Shown here piece after piece: positions 20,289 through 30,804 of a stretch of 64,000 nt of DNA. The notes under the pieces were generated by a model. That model saw nothing but the letters and a program-made list of their open reading frames with translations. It did not search any database and was not told the origin of the DNA. Source of the DNA: Mycoplasmatota bacterium. Its GTDB lineage: Bacteria; Bacillota_I; Bacilli_A; Acholeplasmatales; Acholeplasmataceae. Positions within the stretch are counted from its first letter, which is position 1. Each line of letters begins with the position of its first letter. The position numbers were made by a program, and so were the translations under genes. The stretch covers positions 78,379 through 142,378 of the forward strand of contig JANKMU010000004.1 in the NCBI GenBank assembly GCA_024650045.1, written 5' to 3'.

Positions 20289-20321
20289 AAAAATAGAGGC
20301 GCTCAGCGAGCGCCTCTTTTT
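20289..20321. terminator. Bidirectional intrinsic terminator between dnaB and dps
   Basis: 10-bp GC-rich stem AGAGGCGCTC/GAGCGCCTCT, flanked by an A-run on the left and a T-run on the right. Confidence 0.85.
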
Positions 20322-20324
20322 ACT

Positions 20325-20759
20325 TTATTTAAGTGTGTAAGTAAGCATCCAAATATGTTTTTCAAAACTAGTTAAAGTTCCGATAATCATATCAGCAGTT
20401 ACTTCATCGTTTTCATCTTGTGAAACAACGAGTAATTCTTTTAGTTCTTTGACTAATAGTTTTAAGTCATCAATAATGTGTTGAACCATATCTTCTGGTT
20501 TTTCTAATCCTGATGCCTCACTCAATGTTGTTGTTGCTAAATAACTCTTTAAGTTAGATGCTGGTTTTCCACCAATCATTAACAATCTTTCTGCATATGC
20601 ATCATACAATTCATTTACTTCATCATATAATTCTTCAAATTTTGCATGTAATTGGAAGAATGTAGGTCCTGTTACGAACCAATGAAAATGATGTAATTTT
20701 GTAAAAAATACACTAAAATTTGCTACTTGCTTGTTTAAGCCTTGAAATAGTTTTTCCAT
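20325..20759 (-). CDS. dps: Dps-family DNA-protection / ferritin-like protein
   Basis: HWFVTGPTFFQLHAKFEELYDE ferroxidase-region motif, 144 aa. Confidence 0.9.
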   Translation of the reverse strand: MEKLFQGLNKQVANFSVFFTKLHHFHWFVTGPTFFQLHAKFEELYDEVNELYDAYAERLLMIGGKPASNLKSYLATTTLSEASGLEKPEDMVQHIIDDLKLLVKELKELLVVSQDENDEVTADMIIGTLTSFEKHIWMLTYTLK

Positions 20760-20787
20760 AATTTATTACCTTTCCTTTCTTAATTCT

Positions 20788-20802
20788 ACATAATAATTAT
20801 AA
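20788..20802. promoter_or_regulatory. Candidate PerR/Fur-type 7-1-7 box upstream of dps
   Basis: ACATAAT-A-ATTATAA matches 12 of 14 positions of TTATAAT-N-ATTATAA and lies 29-43 nt upstream of the dps start. The AT-rich background lowers specificity. Confidence 0.35.
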
Positions 20803-20972
20803 CATAAAATTATGATAAATAACAACATTACGACTTATCGTAATCCCCTTTAAAATATCGATTTATTTGTGTGAATGGTCACATAAATATTTCCATTTTG
20901 TTTCACTTATTAATACTTAATATATAGATAAATCAGCAAAAATATGGTAATATTATTTAGCGGGTGATATAT

Positions 20973-22037
20973 ATGTTTGAACGATTAGAAATATTAGAAA
21001 AACAGTATCAAGAAATGCAAGATAAGTTAGCCTCAGGAAAACTTGAAGTTAAGGAAATGACAAATTTATTAAAAGAAACAAGTGCCATTTCAGAAACGGT
21101 TGAAACATATCGTTTTTTTAAGATTAAATCACAGGAATTAAAAGATTTAGAAGAAATGATTGAAGATGAAAAAGATCAAGATTTGATTGATATGGCACAA
21201 ACAGAAATTGAAAAGCTAAAAGAGATATTGGATAAAACAGAAGAAAAATTGAAGATATTGCTTTTACCAACCGATCCTAACGATGAGAAAAACGTTATTA
21301 TGGAAATCAAAGGTGCAGCTGGTGGAGATGAAGGCAACATTTTTGCTGGAGATCTTTTTAGAATGTACGCTAAATATGCAGAATCAAAAGGTTGGAAAAT
21401 TGAGGTTCTTAGTTCTATGGAAGGATCAATGGGTGGTTACACATCAATTGAATTCATGATATCAGGAAAACGGATTTACTCATTTTTGAAGTATGAATCA
21501 GGAACACATAGAGTTCAAAGAGTTCCAGAAACTGAATCAATGGGACGTGTACACACTTCCACAGCAACAGTATTAGTTATGCCTGAAGCAGAGGAAATTG
21601 AATTAGATATTAAATGGGAAGATATTCGTTTTGATACATATAATTCAAGTGGTCCAGGTGGTCAATCTGTAAACACAACAAAATCCGCTGTAAGACTTAC
21701 ACATATCCCTTCAGGGCTTGTTGTAGCCTGCCAAGAGGGTAAGAGTCAACATGAAAATAAAGATAAGGCATTTCGTTTATTAAAGACAAGACTCTTTGAT
21801 TCTATTGTCCAAGAACAGATGGATAAGGAAGGTGCTGAACGTAAAGCACTTGTTGGACGTGGAGATCGTAGCGAAAAAATAAGAACATATAATTATCCAC
21901 AAAATAGAGTGTCTGATCATCGTATCGGACTAACTCTTCAAAGATTGGATGCAATTATGGAAGGTAGATTAGATTTAATTATTGAACCACTATTAAATGA
22001 ATTCCAAAAACGTATGCTAACAGGTGAAGAACAGTGA
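20973..22037 (+). CDS. prfA: Peptide chain release factor 1
   Basis: MFERLE N-terminus and GGQ motif (SGPGGQSVNTT). The start is moved to ATG 20973. Confidence 0.95.
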   Translation: MFERLEILEKQYQEMQDKLASGKLEVKEMTNLLKETSAISETVETYRFFKIKSQELKDLEEMIEDEKDQDLIDMAQTEIEKLKEILDKTEEKLKILLLPTDPNDEKNVIMEIKGAAGGDEGNIFAGDLFRMYAKYAESKGWKIEVLSSMEGSMGGYTSIEFMISGKRIYSFLKYESGTHRVQRVPETESMGRVHTSTATVLVMPEAEEIELDIKWEDIRFDTYNSSGPGGQSVNTTKSAVRLTHIPSGLVVACQEGKSQHENKDKAFRLLKTRLFDSIVQEQMDKEGAERKALVGRGDRSEKIRTYNYPQNRVSDHRIGLTLQRLDAIMEGRLDLIIEPLLNEFQKRMLTGEEQ

Positions 22038-22888
22038 CGTACGAAGCACTTCTAAAAATCGCATATAAGAAAACAAATACACATAACAAAGAAGAAGAGG
22101 CTGCAAAGCTTCTTTTAATGGAACTATCAAATCAAGAACCTCATCAATTTTTTACAAATTTGAAATCTGAAGTACCTAAAACATTAGAGATAGATTTTTT
22201 GAATAAGTTGGATCAGTACTTAGTTTCAAATATACCCGTTCAACATTTGATTGGGCATTCATATTTTTATGGATATAAATTCAAGGTCAATCAACACGTT
22301 TTGATTCCAAGGGGAGAAACTGAACAACTCGTTGAACATGTACTATATTATTATGACAAGTATTTTATTGATCAAAAAATAATTGTTTTAGATCTAGGAA
22401 CGGGTAGTGGATGTATAGGCATTGCGTTATCACTTGAAGAAGAAAACATGAATGTAACAGTTAGTGATATTAGTGAAGAAGCTTTAAAAGTTGCTAAAGA
22501 TAATCAACATGATTTAAAGGCTAATGTGAAAATCATCCAGAGTGACTTATTTGAAAACATCAGCGATGCATTCGATATTATAGTTTCAAATCCCCCATAT
22601 ATACCAGATACAGAATCTGTTCAAGATATTGTTTCAAAAGAACCAAAGGTAGCATTATATGGTGGTTTGTTAGGTGTTGATTTTTATGAGAAGATCATTA
22701 CAAACTCAAAAAACCATTTAAAAGAACATTCACTCATTGCATTTGAGCATGGATTTCAACAAAAACAAAGAATATTTGAAATAGCAAAAAAGCATTTTCC
22801 AAATGCTCATATTGTCCAAGTCAAAGATTTAGCCGGGAAAGATCGATTTACATTTATTGGGTTAGGTAATGTATTAGATTTGGAATAA
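22034..22888 (+). CDS. prmC: Release-factor glutamine N5-methyltransferase (HemK/PrmC)
   Basis: SAM motif LDLGTGSG and NPPY motif (SNPPYIP). GTGA overlap with prfA. Confidence 0.9.
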   Translation: MTYEALLKIAYKKTNTHNKEEEAAKLLLMELSNQEPHQFFTNLKSEVPKTLEIDFLNKLDQYLVSNIPVQHLIGHSYFYGYKFKVNQHVLIPRGETEQLVEHVLYYYDKYFIDQKIIVLDLGTGSGCIGIALSLEEENMNVTVSDISEEALKVAKDNQHDLKANVKIIQSDLFENISDAFDIIVSNPPYIPDTESVQDIVSKEPKVALYGGLLGVDFYEKIITNSKNHLKEHSLIAFEHGFQQKQRIFEIAKKHFPNAHIVQVKDLAGKDRFTFIGLGNVLDLE

Positions 22889-22896
22889 AAAATTAG

Positions 22897-22932
22897 ACGT
22901 TAACCAGCATATTAAAGGGTTAATGTTTTTTT
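22897..22932 (+). terminator. Intrinsic terminator after prmC
   Basis: 9-bp stem ACGTTAACC/GGTTAATGT (one G-U pair) followed by T7. Confidence 0.6.
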
Positions 22933-23022
22933 ATAATCAAGATGATAATTTGGGCTTATATGTTTTATACGCTATAATAAAAGTATATAATTATATTTTT
23001 AAATTAACTATGGAGTGATATT

Positions 23023-24999
23023 ATGTCAAAGAAAAACAATGAAAATCATCAACACCATAACCATCATCAATCTATGATTAATGATTTCAAAAAAAGATTG
23101 ATTGTATCATTAATATTAACAATCCCAATCCTACTTTTATCCTCGATAATCCAAGAATTTTTGGGATTTAATCTAGAATTTTTGGGAGATAAATATGTTT
23201 TATTTGGTTTATCATCCATTATTTTCGTATATGGTGGTTGGCCATTTATAAAAGGTTTAATTGATGAGATTAAAGAAAAAAATCCAGGTATGATGACTTT
23301 AATTGCATTAGCCATAACGGTTGCATATGTTTATAGTAGTGCAACCATTTTCGGCCTAGAAGGTATGGACTTTTTCTGGGAACTTGCAACACTCATTGAC
23401 ATTATGTTATTAGGACATATTATTGAAATGAAATCAATTATGAGTGCTTCGAATGCACTCGATGAACTTGTTAAGCTGATGCCAGATGAAGCTCATCTTC
23501 TAAAAGATGGAGATGTAAAAGATATAAATGTTTCAGAAGTAAAAGTAGATGATATCATTCTGATTAAACCAGGAGAGAAAATACCGGTAGATGGTATTAT
23601 TATTAAAGGTGAAGGACAAGTGAATGAATCAATGGTTACTGGTGAATCCAAACCTGTTAAGAAACAAACGGACTCTAAAGTTGTAGGTGGTTCGATTAAT
23701 GGCGACTCATCACTTGAGGTTCGTGTTTCTAATATCGGATCAGATACATATCTTTCCAAAATTATCAATTTGGTTGATGAAGCTCAAAAATCAAAATCAA
23801 AAACTCAAAATATAGTTGAAAAAACAGCAAGGATACTGACTTTTGTTGCTATAACAGTTGGAGTTATAACTTTTCTAACATGGTCATTTATAACAAATGA
23901 TTATAGTTTTGCCCTTGCCAGAATGGCAACAGTTATGGTTATTACATGTCCACATGCTTTAGGCTTAGCTTCACCTCTTGTTGTTGCACGATCAACATCC
24001 ATTTCTGCACAGAATGGTCTATTAATCAAGAACAGAACACCATTTGAGAATTCGAGAAAAATAGATGTTATCGTATTTGATAAAACAGGAACATTGACAT
24101 ATGGGAATTTTGGTGTCAATTTTATAAAAGTTACACATGATGATTACGATGAAAAAAAAGCTATACAATATGCAGCATCCATTGAAAAGGGTTCTGAACA
24201 TCCGATTGCTAAAGCAATTATTGACAAAGCAGAAAGTGAAAAAATAAAAACAATTGATGTAAGTAATTTTTCAGCCATTAAAGGAAAAGGTGTAAAAGCA
24301 AAAATAGAAAATAAAGAATTTCAGATAGTTAGTCCTAAATATCTTAAAGAATTAGGGATTGATCTACCTGATGATCTTCCGGATCACGATATATCAACAA
24401 ATGTTGTTTTAATTACCAATAAAGAAGTTATAGCAGTTTTTGGACTTAGTGATAAAATCAGAGAAGAATCTAAAGAGGCTATAGAAGTGCTTCGACAAAT
24501 GAATATTGAGTCTTGGATGTTAACAGGTGATAATGAGAAAACAGCAAAACAAGTTTCTGAAGAATTAGGGCTAGATGGGTATTTTTCTGAAGTTTTACCT
24601 GATGAAAAGCAAGATAAAATTAAAGAACTTCAGAAGTCAGGGAAATTTGTTGCAATGACAGGTGATGGTATCAACGACGCACCAGCACTTGCACAAGCTG
24701 ATGTGGGTATTGCAATCGGTTCAGGAACGGATGTAGCTGCAGAAACTGCAGATATCGTGCTAGTTAAAAGTAACCCACTAGATGTTGTTTCTTTGATTAA
24801 ACTAGGGAAAGCATCATATAACAAAATGGTTCAAAATCTAGGATGGGCAACTGGATATAATGTAATTGCAATTCCTTTGGCTGCAGGTGTGTTATCTTCA
24901 TATGGTATTTTATTATCACCAGCGATAGGAGCGGTATTAATGTCATTAAGTACAGTCATAGTTGCAATCAACGCAAAACTATTAAAACTAAAGGATTAG
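23023..24999 (+). CDS. copB: P1B-type heavy-metal ATPase, CopB-like (His-rich N-terminus, CPH motif)
   Basis: N-terminal NENHQHHNHHQ, TM6 CPH (VITCPHALGLASP), DKTGT phosphorylation site and GDGINDAP hinge. Confidence 0.85.
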   Translation: MSKKNNENHQHHNHHQSMINDFKKRLIVSLILTIPILLLSSIIQEFLGFNLEFLGDKYVLFGLSSIIFVYGGWPFIKGLIDEIKEKNPGMMTLIALAITVAYVYSSATIFGLEGMDFFWELATLIDIMLLGHIIEMKSIMSASNALDELVKLMPDEAHLLKDGDVKDINVSEVKVDDIILIKPGEKIPVDGIIIKGEGQVNESMVTGESKPVKKQTDSKVVGGSINGDSSLEVRVSNIGSDTYLSKIINLVDEAQKSKSKTQNIVEKTARILTFVAITVGVITFLTWSFITNDYSFALARMATVMVITCPHALGLASPLVVARSTSISAQNGLLIKNRTPFENSRKIDVIVFDKTGTLTYGNFGVNFIKVTHDDYDEKKAIQYAASIEKGSEHPIAKAIIDKAESEKIKTIDVSNFSAIKGKGVKAKIENKEFQIVSPKYLKELGIDLPDDLPDHDISTNVVLITNKEVIAVFGLSDKIREESKEAIEVLRQMNIESWMLTGDNEKTAKQVSEELGLDGYFSEVLPDEKQDKIKELQKSGKFVAMTGDGINDAPALAQADVGIAIGSGTDVAAETADIVLVKSNPLDVVSLIKLGKASYNKMVQNLGWATGYNVIAIPLAAGVLSSYGILLSPAIGAVLMSLSTVIVAINAKLLKLKD

Positions 25000-25038
25000 T
25001 AATCAATTATCAGCTATTTTAGCTAATTCATATAAAAT

Positions 25039-25060
25039 AAGTCTTTTAAGACTTTTTTTA
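25039..25060 (+). terminator. Intrinsic terminator after copB
   Basis: Stem AAGTCT/AGACTT followed by T7. Confidence 0.6.
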
Positions 25061-25117
25061 TTTCTTATTTAGCACTAAATGGTATATAATAGTAAAGGTT
25101 ATGAAAAGAGGAAATAT

Positions 25118-26935
25118 ATGGAAATACGAAACATAGCAATCATTGCTCACGTCGATCACGGTAAGACGACATTAGTGAATCAATTGCTTAAACACAGTGA
25201 AAGATACGATGCTCATGCACAACTTGATGATCGTGTCATGGATTCTAATGATATTGAAAGAGAACGCGGAATAACAATTCTAGCTAAAAATACTGCAATC
25301 ATTTATAAAAAATATCGAATCAATATACTAGATACACCAGGTCATGCTGACTTTGGTGGCGAAGTAGAACGCATTATGCATATGGTTGATGGCGTTTTAT
25401 TACTTGTTGATGCATACGAAGGCGTTATGCCACAAACAAGATTTGTTCTAAAAAAAGCATTAGAAGCTAAACTATTACCAATCGTTGTTGTTAATAAAAT
25501 TGATCGCAAATTTGCGGATATACAAAGAACAGTTAATGAAATATATGACTTGTTTATTGACTTAGGAGCTGACGAACATCAGCTCGATTTTCCTGTGCTT
25601 TATGCATCGGGAATTCAAGGTTTAGCTAATTATAAACCACATCTTGATATGGATATTAAAATGGAACCAATTTTAGATACAATTATTGATTTCATTCCAC
25701 AACCAAATCAAGATGAAACAGGACATCTTCAATTCCAACCAGCATTAATTGATTATAACGATTATGTTGGTCGTATGGGTATTGGCAAAATTTATAAAGG
25801 TAAAATGACTGTCAACGACACAGTATCATGTGTACGTATGGATGGTTCAATTATTCAATTTAGAATTCAAAAAATATTCCAAAGTATGGGCATGGAAAAG
25901 ATTGAAGTTGATTCAGCCGATGCTGGAGATATTGTATCGATTGCTGGGCTTCCTGATATCCATGTTGGTGAAACGATTACTGAAGTTGGATATGAAGATG
26001 CACTACCACACTTACACATTGATGAGCCAACTGTTCAAATCACTTTTTTAACAAATAATAGTCCTTTTGCAGGTAAAGAAGGTAAATTTGTTACAGCATC
26101 TAAAATAGATGAAAGACTTTTTAAAGAAACACAAAAAGATGTTAGTTTAAAAGTTGAAAGAATTCAATCCAGCGAAGCATGGACAGTATCTGGACGTGGT
26201 GAACTTCACCTAGGTATTTTAATCGAAAATATGAGAAGAGAAAACTATGAGTTTCAAGTATCTCGTCCACGTGTTATTGTAAAAGTTATTGATGGTGTAA
26301 AACATGAACCATATGAAGATGTACAAATTGATTGCCCATCAGAATTTATGGGAACTGTTATTGAAATGCTTGGTGAACGTAAAGGTGACTTAGTCACAAT
26401 GAAGCAAATCGGTGACTACAGTCGTATCCATTACACAATGCCATCAAGAGGACTTATTGGTTTTATGACGCAATTTTTAACAGCAACAAAAGGATACGGA
26501 ATTATTTCACATATCTTTCTAGAATATCGTCCAGTAGTATATGATACAGTAGGTAATCGAAGAACTGGTTCATTAGTATCTTTAAACTCAGGAATGACGA
26601 CAGCTTATGCAATCGGTAGACTTGAAGATCGCGGCCAAATGTTTTTGGAACCAAGAGTTCATGTTTATGAAGGTATGATTATTGGAGAAGCCAATAAAGA
26701 TACCGATATGGTCGTTAATGTGACTCAAGAAAAACAATTAACGAATATGCGTTCAGCCGGTAAAGATTCGACTGTTGTCTTAAGAAAACCAAGACTTATG
26801 AATCTTGAAGCATGCCTTGCTTTTATAAATGATGACGAGTTAATTGAAATCACACCAAAAAATATTAGATTACGAAAAGCATTGCTAAGAGCAAACGATC
26901 GTAAAAAAGCATTTTATAATGAAACAAATGAATAA
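25118..26935 (+). CDS. typA: Translational GTPase TypA/BipA
   Basis: [24 protein letters not shown] and NKID motifs. The start is moved to ATG 25118 after AAGAGGA, because track ATG 25079 lies inside a TGGTATATAAT -10 element. Confidence 0.93.
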   Translation: MEIRNIAIIAHVDHGKTTLVNQLLKHSERYDAHAQLDDRVMDSNDIERERGITILAKNTAIIYKKYRINILDTPGHADFGGEVERIMHMVDGVLLLVDAYEGVMPQTRFVLKKALEAKLLPIVVVNKIDRKFADIQRTVNEIYDLFIDLGADEHQLDFPVLYASGIQGLANYKPHLDMDIKMEPILDTIIDFIPQPNQDETGHLQFQPALIDYNDYVGRMGIGKIYKGKMTVNDTVSCVRMDGSIIQFRIQKIFQSMGMEKIEVDSADAGDIVSIAGLPDIHVGETITEVGYEDALPHLHIDEPTVQITFLTNNSPFAGKEGKFVTASKIDERLFKETQKDVSLKVERIQSSEAWTVSGRGELHLGILIENMRRENYEFQVSRPRVIVKVIDGVKHEPYEDVQIDCPSEFMGTVIEMLGERKGDLVTMKQIGDYSRIHYTMPSRGLIGFMTQFLTATKGYGIISHIFLEYRPVVYDTVGNRRTGSLVSLNSGMTTAYAIGRLEDRGQMFLEPRVHVYEGMIIGEANKDTDMVVNVTQEKQLTNMRSAGKDSTVVLRKPRLMNLEACLAFINDDELIEITPKNIRLRKALLRANDRKKAFYNETNE

Positions 26936-26956
26936 AGACGCCGTGCGCCTTTTTTC
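26935..26956 (+). terminator. Weak intrinsic terminator after typA
   Basis: Imperfect stem AAG(A)CGC/GCG(C)CTT followed by T6. Confidence 0.4.
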
Positions 26957-26999
26957 ATGTCAAAACATACACATAATAGAAGATAAAAACATGTTTTTA

Positions 27000-27008
27000 T
27001 GTTATAAT
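27000..27008 (+). promoter_or_regulatory. Extended -10 promoter (TGTTATAAT) for rpiB-upp-atp
   Basis: Exact TGnTATAAT 30 nt upstream of rpiB, directly preceded by a perfect 14-nt palindrome AAAAACATGTTTTT (26985..26998). Confidence 0.55.
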
Positions 27009-27038
27009 ATTTAATAGTTCAAATAGAGGAGGATTACA

Positions 27039-27479
27039 ATGAAAGTTGTTATCACAAGTGACCATGGTGGTTATTTGCTTAAAGAACAAATTAAAAAATA
27101 TTTAGCCTCTAAGAAAGTCGATTATGTAGATTTAGGGACACATTCAGTTGATTCTGTAGACTATCCTGATTATGGAAAAAAAATCGGTTTGGAAATCACA
27201 AATAATAACTATGATTTTGGTATTGCATTATGTGGTACAGGAATAGGAATCAGTATATCAGCTAATAAAATTAAAGGTGTTCGCGCAGCTTTAGTTTATG
27301 ATGAAAATACTGCAAGACTTGCAAAAGAGCATAATAATGCAAATATTATTGCAATAGGTGGAAGAACAACAACAAGAGAAAAAGCTATACAAATAATAGA
27401 CTCCTTTATGGAAGCAACGTTTGAGAATAGACATCAAACGAGAATCAATAAAATCAAAGAGATAGAGGAGAACACATAA
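27039..27479 (+). CDS. rpiB: Ribose-5-phosphate isomerase B (RpiB/LacAB family)
   Basis: 146 aa with a [13 protein letters not shown] active-site loop. Strong SD GAGGAGG. Confidence 0.9.
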   Translation: MKVVITSDHGGYLLKEQIKKYLASKKVDYVDLGTHSVDSVDYPDYGKKIGLEITNNNYDFGIALCGTGIGISISANKIKGVRAALVYDENTARLAKEHNNANIIAIGGRTTTREKAIQIIDSFMEATFENRHQTRINKIKEIEENT

Positions 27480-27480
27480 T

Positions 27481-28107
27481 ATGAACAAAGTCGTGATACT
27501 TAATCATCCACTTATTGACCATAAAATGGCGAAGATTAGGGATAAAAGAACGGGAACTAAAGAATTTAGAGAAAGTGTATCTGAAGTCGGTGGGTTAATC
27601 ACTTATGAAATCACACGTGACTTTAAGACAAAACCTAAATCAATTGAAACACCTATTTGCGAAATGACAGTACACGAGTTGGCAAAACAAGTTGTTATTG
27701 TACCTATTTTAAGAGCTGGTTTAGGTATGGTTGATGGCATCCATAATATTATACCAACTGCTAAAATCGGTCATATTGGTTTGTATAGAGATGAGGAAAC
27801 ATTACAACCTCAAGTCTATTATTCTAAGTTTCCAAAAGATATCAAAGATAGCGTCGTATTGGTCGTAGACCCTATGCTTGCAACCGCAGGATCTGCATGC
27901 AAAGCTATTGACATATTAAAAGAACATGGAGCAACTGATATTAGATATGTTGGTTTGGTTGGTTGTCCCGAAGGTATTGATAGACTTCAAAAAGAACATC
28001 CAGATGTAAATATATATCTCGCAGCACTCGATACACATTTAGACGAAAATGGATATATCGTTCCTGGTCTTGGAGATTGTGGGGATCGTTTATTTGGAAC
28101 CAAATAA
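27481..28107 (+). CDS. upp: Uracil phosphoribosyltransferase
   Basis: HPLIDHK N-terminal motif and PRPP loop [11 protein letters not shown], 208 aa. Confidence 0.95.
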   Translation: MNKVVILNHPLIDHKMAKIRDKRTGTKEFRESVSEVGGLITYEITRDFKTKPKSIETPICEMTVHELAKQVVIVPILRAGLGMVDGIHNIIPTAKIGHIGLYRDEETLQPQVYYSKFPKDIKDSVVLVVDPMLATAGSACKAIDILKEHGATDIRYVGLVGCPEGIDRLQKEHPDVNIYLAALDTHLDENGYIVPGLGDCGDRLFGTK

Positions 28108-28141
28108 AAAAGATAAGCAAAATCGCTATAAAAAAATATTT

Positions 28142-28351
28142 ATGGGTTATATGCTCGCTATGCAGTTTATTTTTACTATTTTTGGACTTGCACTTATTGG
28201 ATATTTTATAGGTAGAAGAATAAATCCCGATTCAAACTTGTCAACAACTCTAACAGCAATTGGCGTTGGTATTGGTGTAGTTGCGGGTTTTATATTACTC
28301 GTTCGGATGATACAAAGTGAGGATAGACATGAAAGAACTTCACGTCATTAG
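28142..28351 (+). CDS. Small AtpZ/AtpI-like membrane protein preceding the F0F1 operon
   Basis: Two-TM protein of about 69 aa (MGYMLAMQFIFTIFGLALIGYFIGRR...) in the position of ATPase gene 1. The track start 28049 overlaps upp and was rejected. Confidence 0.55.
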   Translation: MGYMLAMQFIFTIFGLALIGYFIGRRINPDSNLSTTLTAIGVGIGVVAGFILLVRMIQSEDRHERTSRH

Positions 28352-28742
28352 CTTAATTGCTCTTATATTTGCAATTTTATATACACTAGTATGCTTTATC
28401 TTCTTTAGAGAATATGTTTTTTATGCAATATTAGGTGCAACAACTTCATTATTTTCTAATAGTTTAGCTATAGCTGCAACTAAAGGAAAATTCACAACAG
28501 AAAAACTTGTTGTGAACTTAATGCAAAGATATTTATTTTATATTGTTATTATTGTGTATGTTTACTTTGACACAAAAGATCAAAGTATGACTTTTGCAAC
28601 CAACAGTTATATATTTTTAGTCATCGGAATGTTTTCAACTAAAATTGGAATATTTGTATATAGTACCCCATTGATTAAAAAGTCATATAACGAAAAATTA
28701 GATGAAAAGGAAGATGATCATGATGACCATGTTTCTAGATGA
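28329..28742 (+). CDS. atpI: ATP synthase protein I-like membrane protein
   Basis: Four predicted TM segments immediately upstream of atpB. ATG 28329 follows GAGGA. Confidence 0.55.
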   Translation: MKELHVISLIALIFAILYTLVCFIFFREYVFYAILGATTSLFSNSLAIAATKGKFTTEKLVVNLMQRYLFYIVIIVYVYFDTKDQSMTFATNSYIFLVIGMFSTKIGIFVYSTPLIKKSYNEKLDEKEDDHDDHVSR

Positions 28743-29409
28743 TTTATTATTAACATTGAAAAACCCACCTACATATCTAATTGTTTCCTTTGGCATCATG
28801 ATTGCTATTGCTATCATTGCAACCATTATCGGGTTTAAAGTTGAAAGAATGGATGTTAAGGCGAAGCCAAACAAGACAATGACTGCCGTTTTAGAAGGTG
28901 TCGGAGAGTTTAATGATTTTGTAAAAAGCTATGTTGGTAGACAGTATGGATTTATTACACCAATTGTTTTAACGATGGCGCTATATGTTTTCATATCAAA
29001 TATTTCAGGGCTCATTGCGTTGGATACACCAACAAAATATGCAACAATTACATTTTCAATGTCAATAACAGCATTCTTAGTTATTCAATTAGTGGGTCTT
29101 AAATCTAAGGGATTAAAACATTTCAAAGGTATATTTGAACCACTGTGGCCAATGTTTCCTTTGAATCTTGTGTCTGAGTTTGTTCCAATTTTATCAATGG
29201 CACTCCGTTTGTTTGGGAATATCGCTGGTGGAGCACTTATCTTAACTTTAATTTATGGTATCACCGGATGGGCAGCTGTAGTTATAACACCTGCATTCCA
29301 TTTAATTTTTGATATTGGGTTTGGATTTATTCAAACCATCGTTATCGTTTTGTTAACCATCATATTTGCTTCGATGAAAATTGATGAAGCAGATCTTGAT
29401 ATAATATAA
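28720..29409 (+). CDS. atpB: F0F1 ATP synthase subunit a
   Basis: Polytopic protein with the conserved LRLFGNIAGG motif. Several in-frame ATGs lie between 28702 and 28729; 28720 has the best spacing after AAGGAAG. Confidence 0.9.
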   Translation: MMTMFLDDLLLTLKNPPTYLIVSFGIMIAIAIIATIIGFKVERMDVKAKPNKTMTAVLEGVGEFNDFVKSYVGRQYGFITPIVLTMALYVFISNISGLIALDTPTKYATITFSMSITAFLVIQLVGLKSKGLKHFKGIFEPLWPMFPLNLVSEFVPILSMALRLFGNIAGGALILTLIYGITGWAAVVITPAFHLIFDIGFGFIQTIVIVLLTIIFASMKIDEADLDII

Positions 29410-29418
29410 AAAAAATAA

Positions 29419-29718
<300 letters not shown>

Positions 29719-29739
29719 TTTAAAAAAGGACTGATATAC

Positions 29740-30279
29740 GTGGTTTATGCAAATGTATTTGATGATGTTATTCAAGCAATTGAGGACGGTTTATATTCGA
29801 TTATAAACAATCCAAGCGTTGTGCTTTTAAACATCATTGCTTTTCTTGTTTTGGTTCTCATCATTAAAAAATTCTTTTGGGCTAAAATTACTTTGTTTCT
29901 TGAAAAGAGACAAGCTGTGATGATGGAAGCTCTTGAGCAAGCGGAAACTGAAAAAAAGCGTGCTCATGAACTTCAAGTTAAATCTCAAAAAGATTATGAA
30001 AAGATGAAGTCTGAAACACAAGAAATAAGAGAAAAATTAATGGCTGAAGCTCAAAAAGAACAAGAAAATCTTATTCAAAACGCTAAGAATGAAGCAAAAA
30101 GACGTTTAGAGCAAGCTGAAAAAGACATTGAGTTTGAAATCAATAAAGCCAATGAAGATATTAAGCAATCCATAAAAGAGGTTGCTTTTGCTGCTGCACA
30201 AAAAATTGTGAAGCGTGAAATTGATGAATCTGTTCATCAAGACATTATTGATGAAATATTAGGAGAGCAAGATAAATAA
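29740..30279 (+). CDS. atpF: F0F1 ATP synthase subunit b
   Basis: One N-terminal TM helix followed by a long charged coiled coil. Operon position fits. Confidence 0.88.
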   Translation: MVYANVFDDVIQAIEDGLYSIINNPSVVLLNIIAFLVLVLIIKKFFWAKITLFLEKRQAVMMEALEQAETEKKRAHELQVKSQKDYEKMKSETQEIREKLMAEAQKEQENLIQNAKNEAKRRLEQAEKDIEFEINKANEDIKQSIKEVAFAAAQKIVKREIDESVHQDIIDEILGEQDK

Positions 30280-30791
30280 TGAGTATATCAAATTATGCCA
30301 AAGCACTCTTTTCGATTGCTAAGGAAAATAATAAAATAGATCTTCTTACTTATCATTTTGATGACTTTAAAAACACAATGGAAAAGAATCCTAATTGGAT
30401 TAAACTTATGGATTCTCCGATGGTTTCTCATCAAGAGAAAATAAAAATGATTGATGAGTTGGAATATGATGATTCATTTTTAGCCTTTTTAAAGATGTTA
30501 TCAGAGAAGAACCGTCTACATTATTATCATGAAATTTATCCTGAATGGATTCAATTATCACGTACGTACCAGAAAATTGCACACCTGCATCTTTATGCTG
30601 CAAAACCATTGTCAGAAAAACAAGAAGAACTTTTGAAAAAAGTTGTTCAACCAAGATTTCCAAATCAAACCATTTCATTTCACATCACAGTCGATGAAAG
30701 CTTAATTGGAGGATTAAAAATCGTTTACCAAGGACAGTCTTTAGATCGATCGATTGCACGTGAACTTGAAGAATTATATACAACTATTTAA
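30279..30791 (+). CDS. atpH: F0F1 ATP synthase subunit delta
   Basis: 170 aa, OSCP-like, C-terminal GGLKIVYQGQSLDRSI motif. Operon position fits. Confidence 0.88.
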   Translation: MSISNYAKALFSIAKENNKIDLLTYHFDDFKNTMEKNPNWIKLMDSPMVSHQEKIKMIDELEYDDSFLAFLKMLSEKNRLHYYHEIYPEWIQLSRTYQKIAHLHLYAAKPLSEKQEELLKKVVQPRFPNQTISFHITVDESLIGGLKIVYQGQSLDRSIARELEELYTTI

Positions 30792-30804
30792 GGTGGTGTA
30801 GAAA

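Noticed and set aside
28049-28141. Long 5' extension of the small AtpZ-like ORF overlapping the upp 3' end
   Set aside because: It would overlap upp by 59 nt in another frame. An internal ATG at 28142 starts exactly at the hydrophobic domain.
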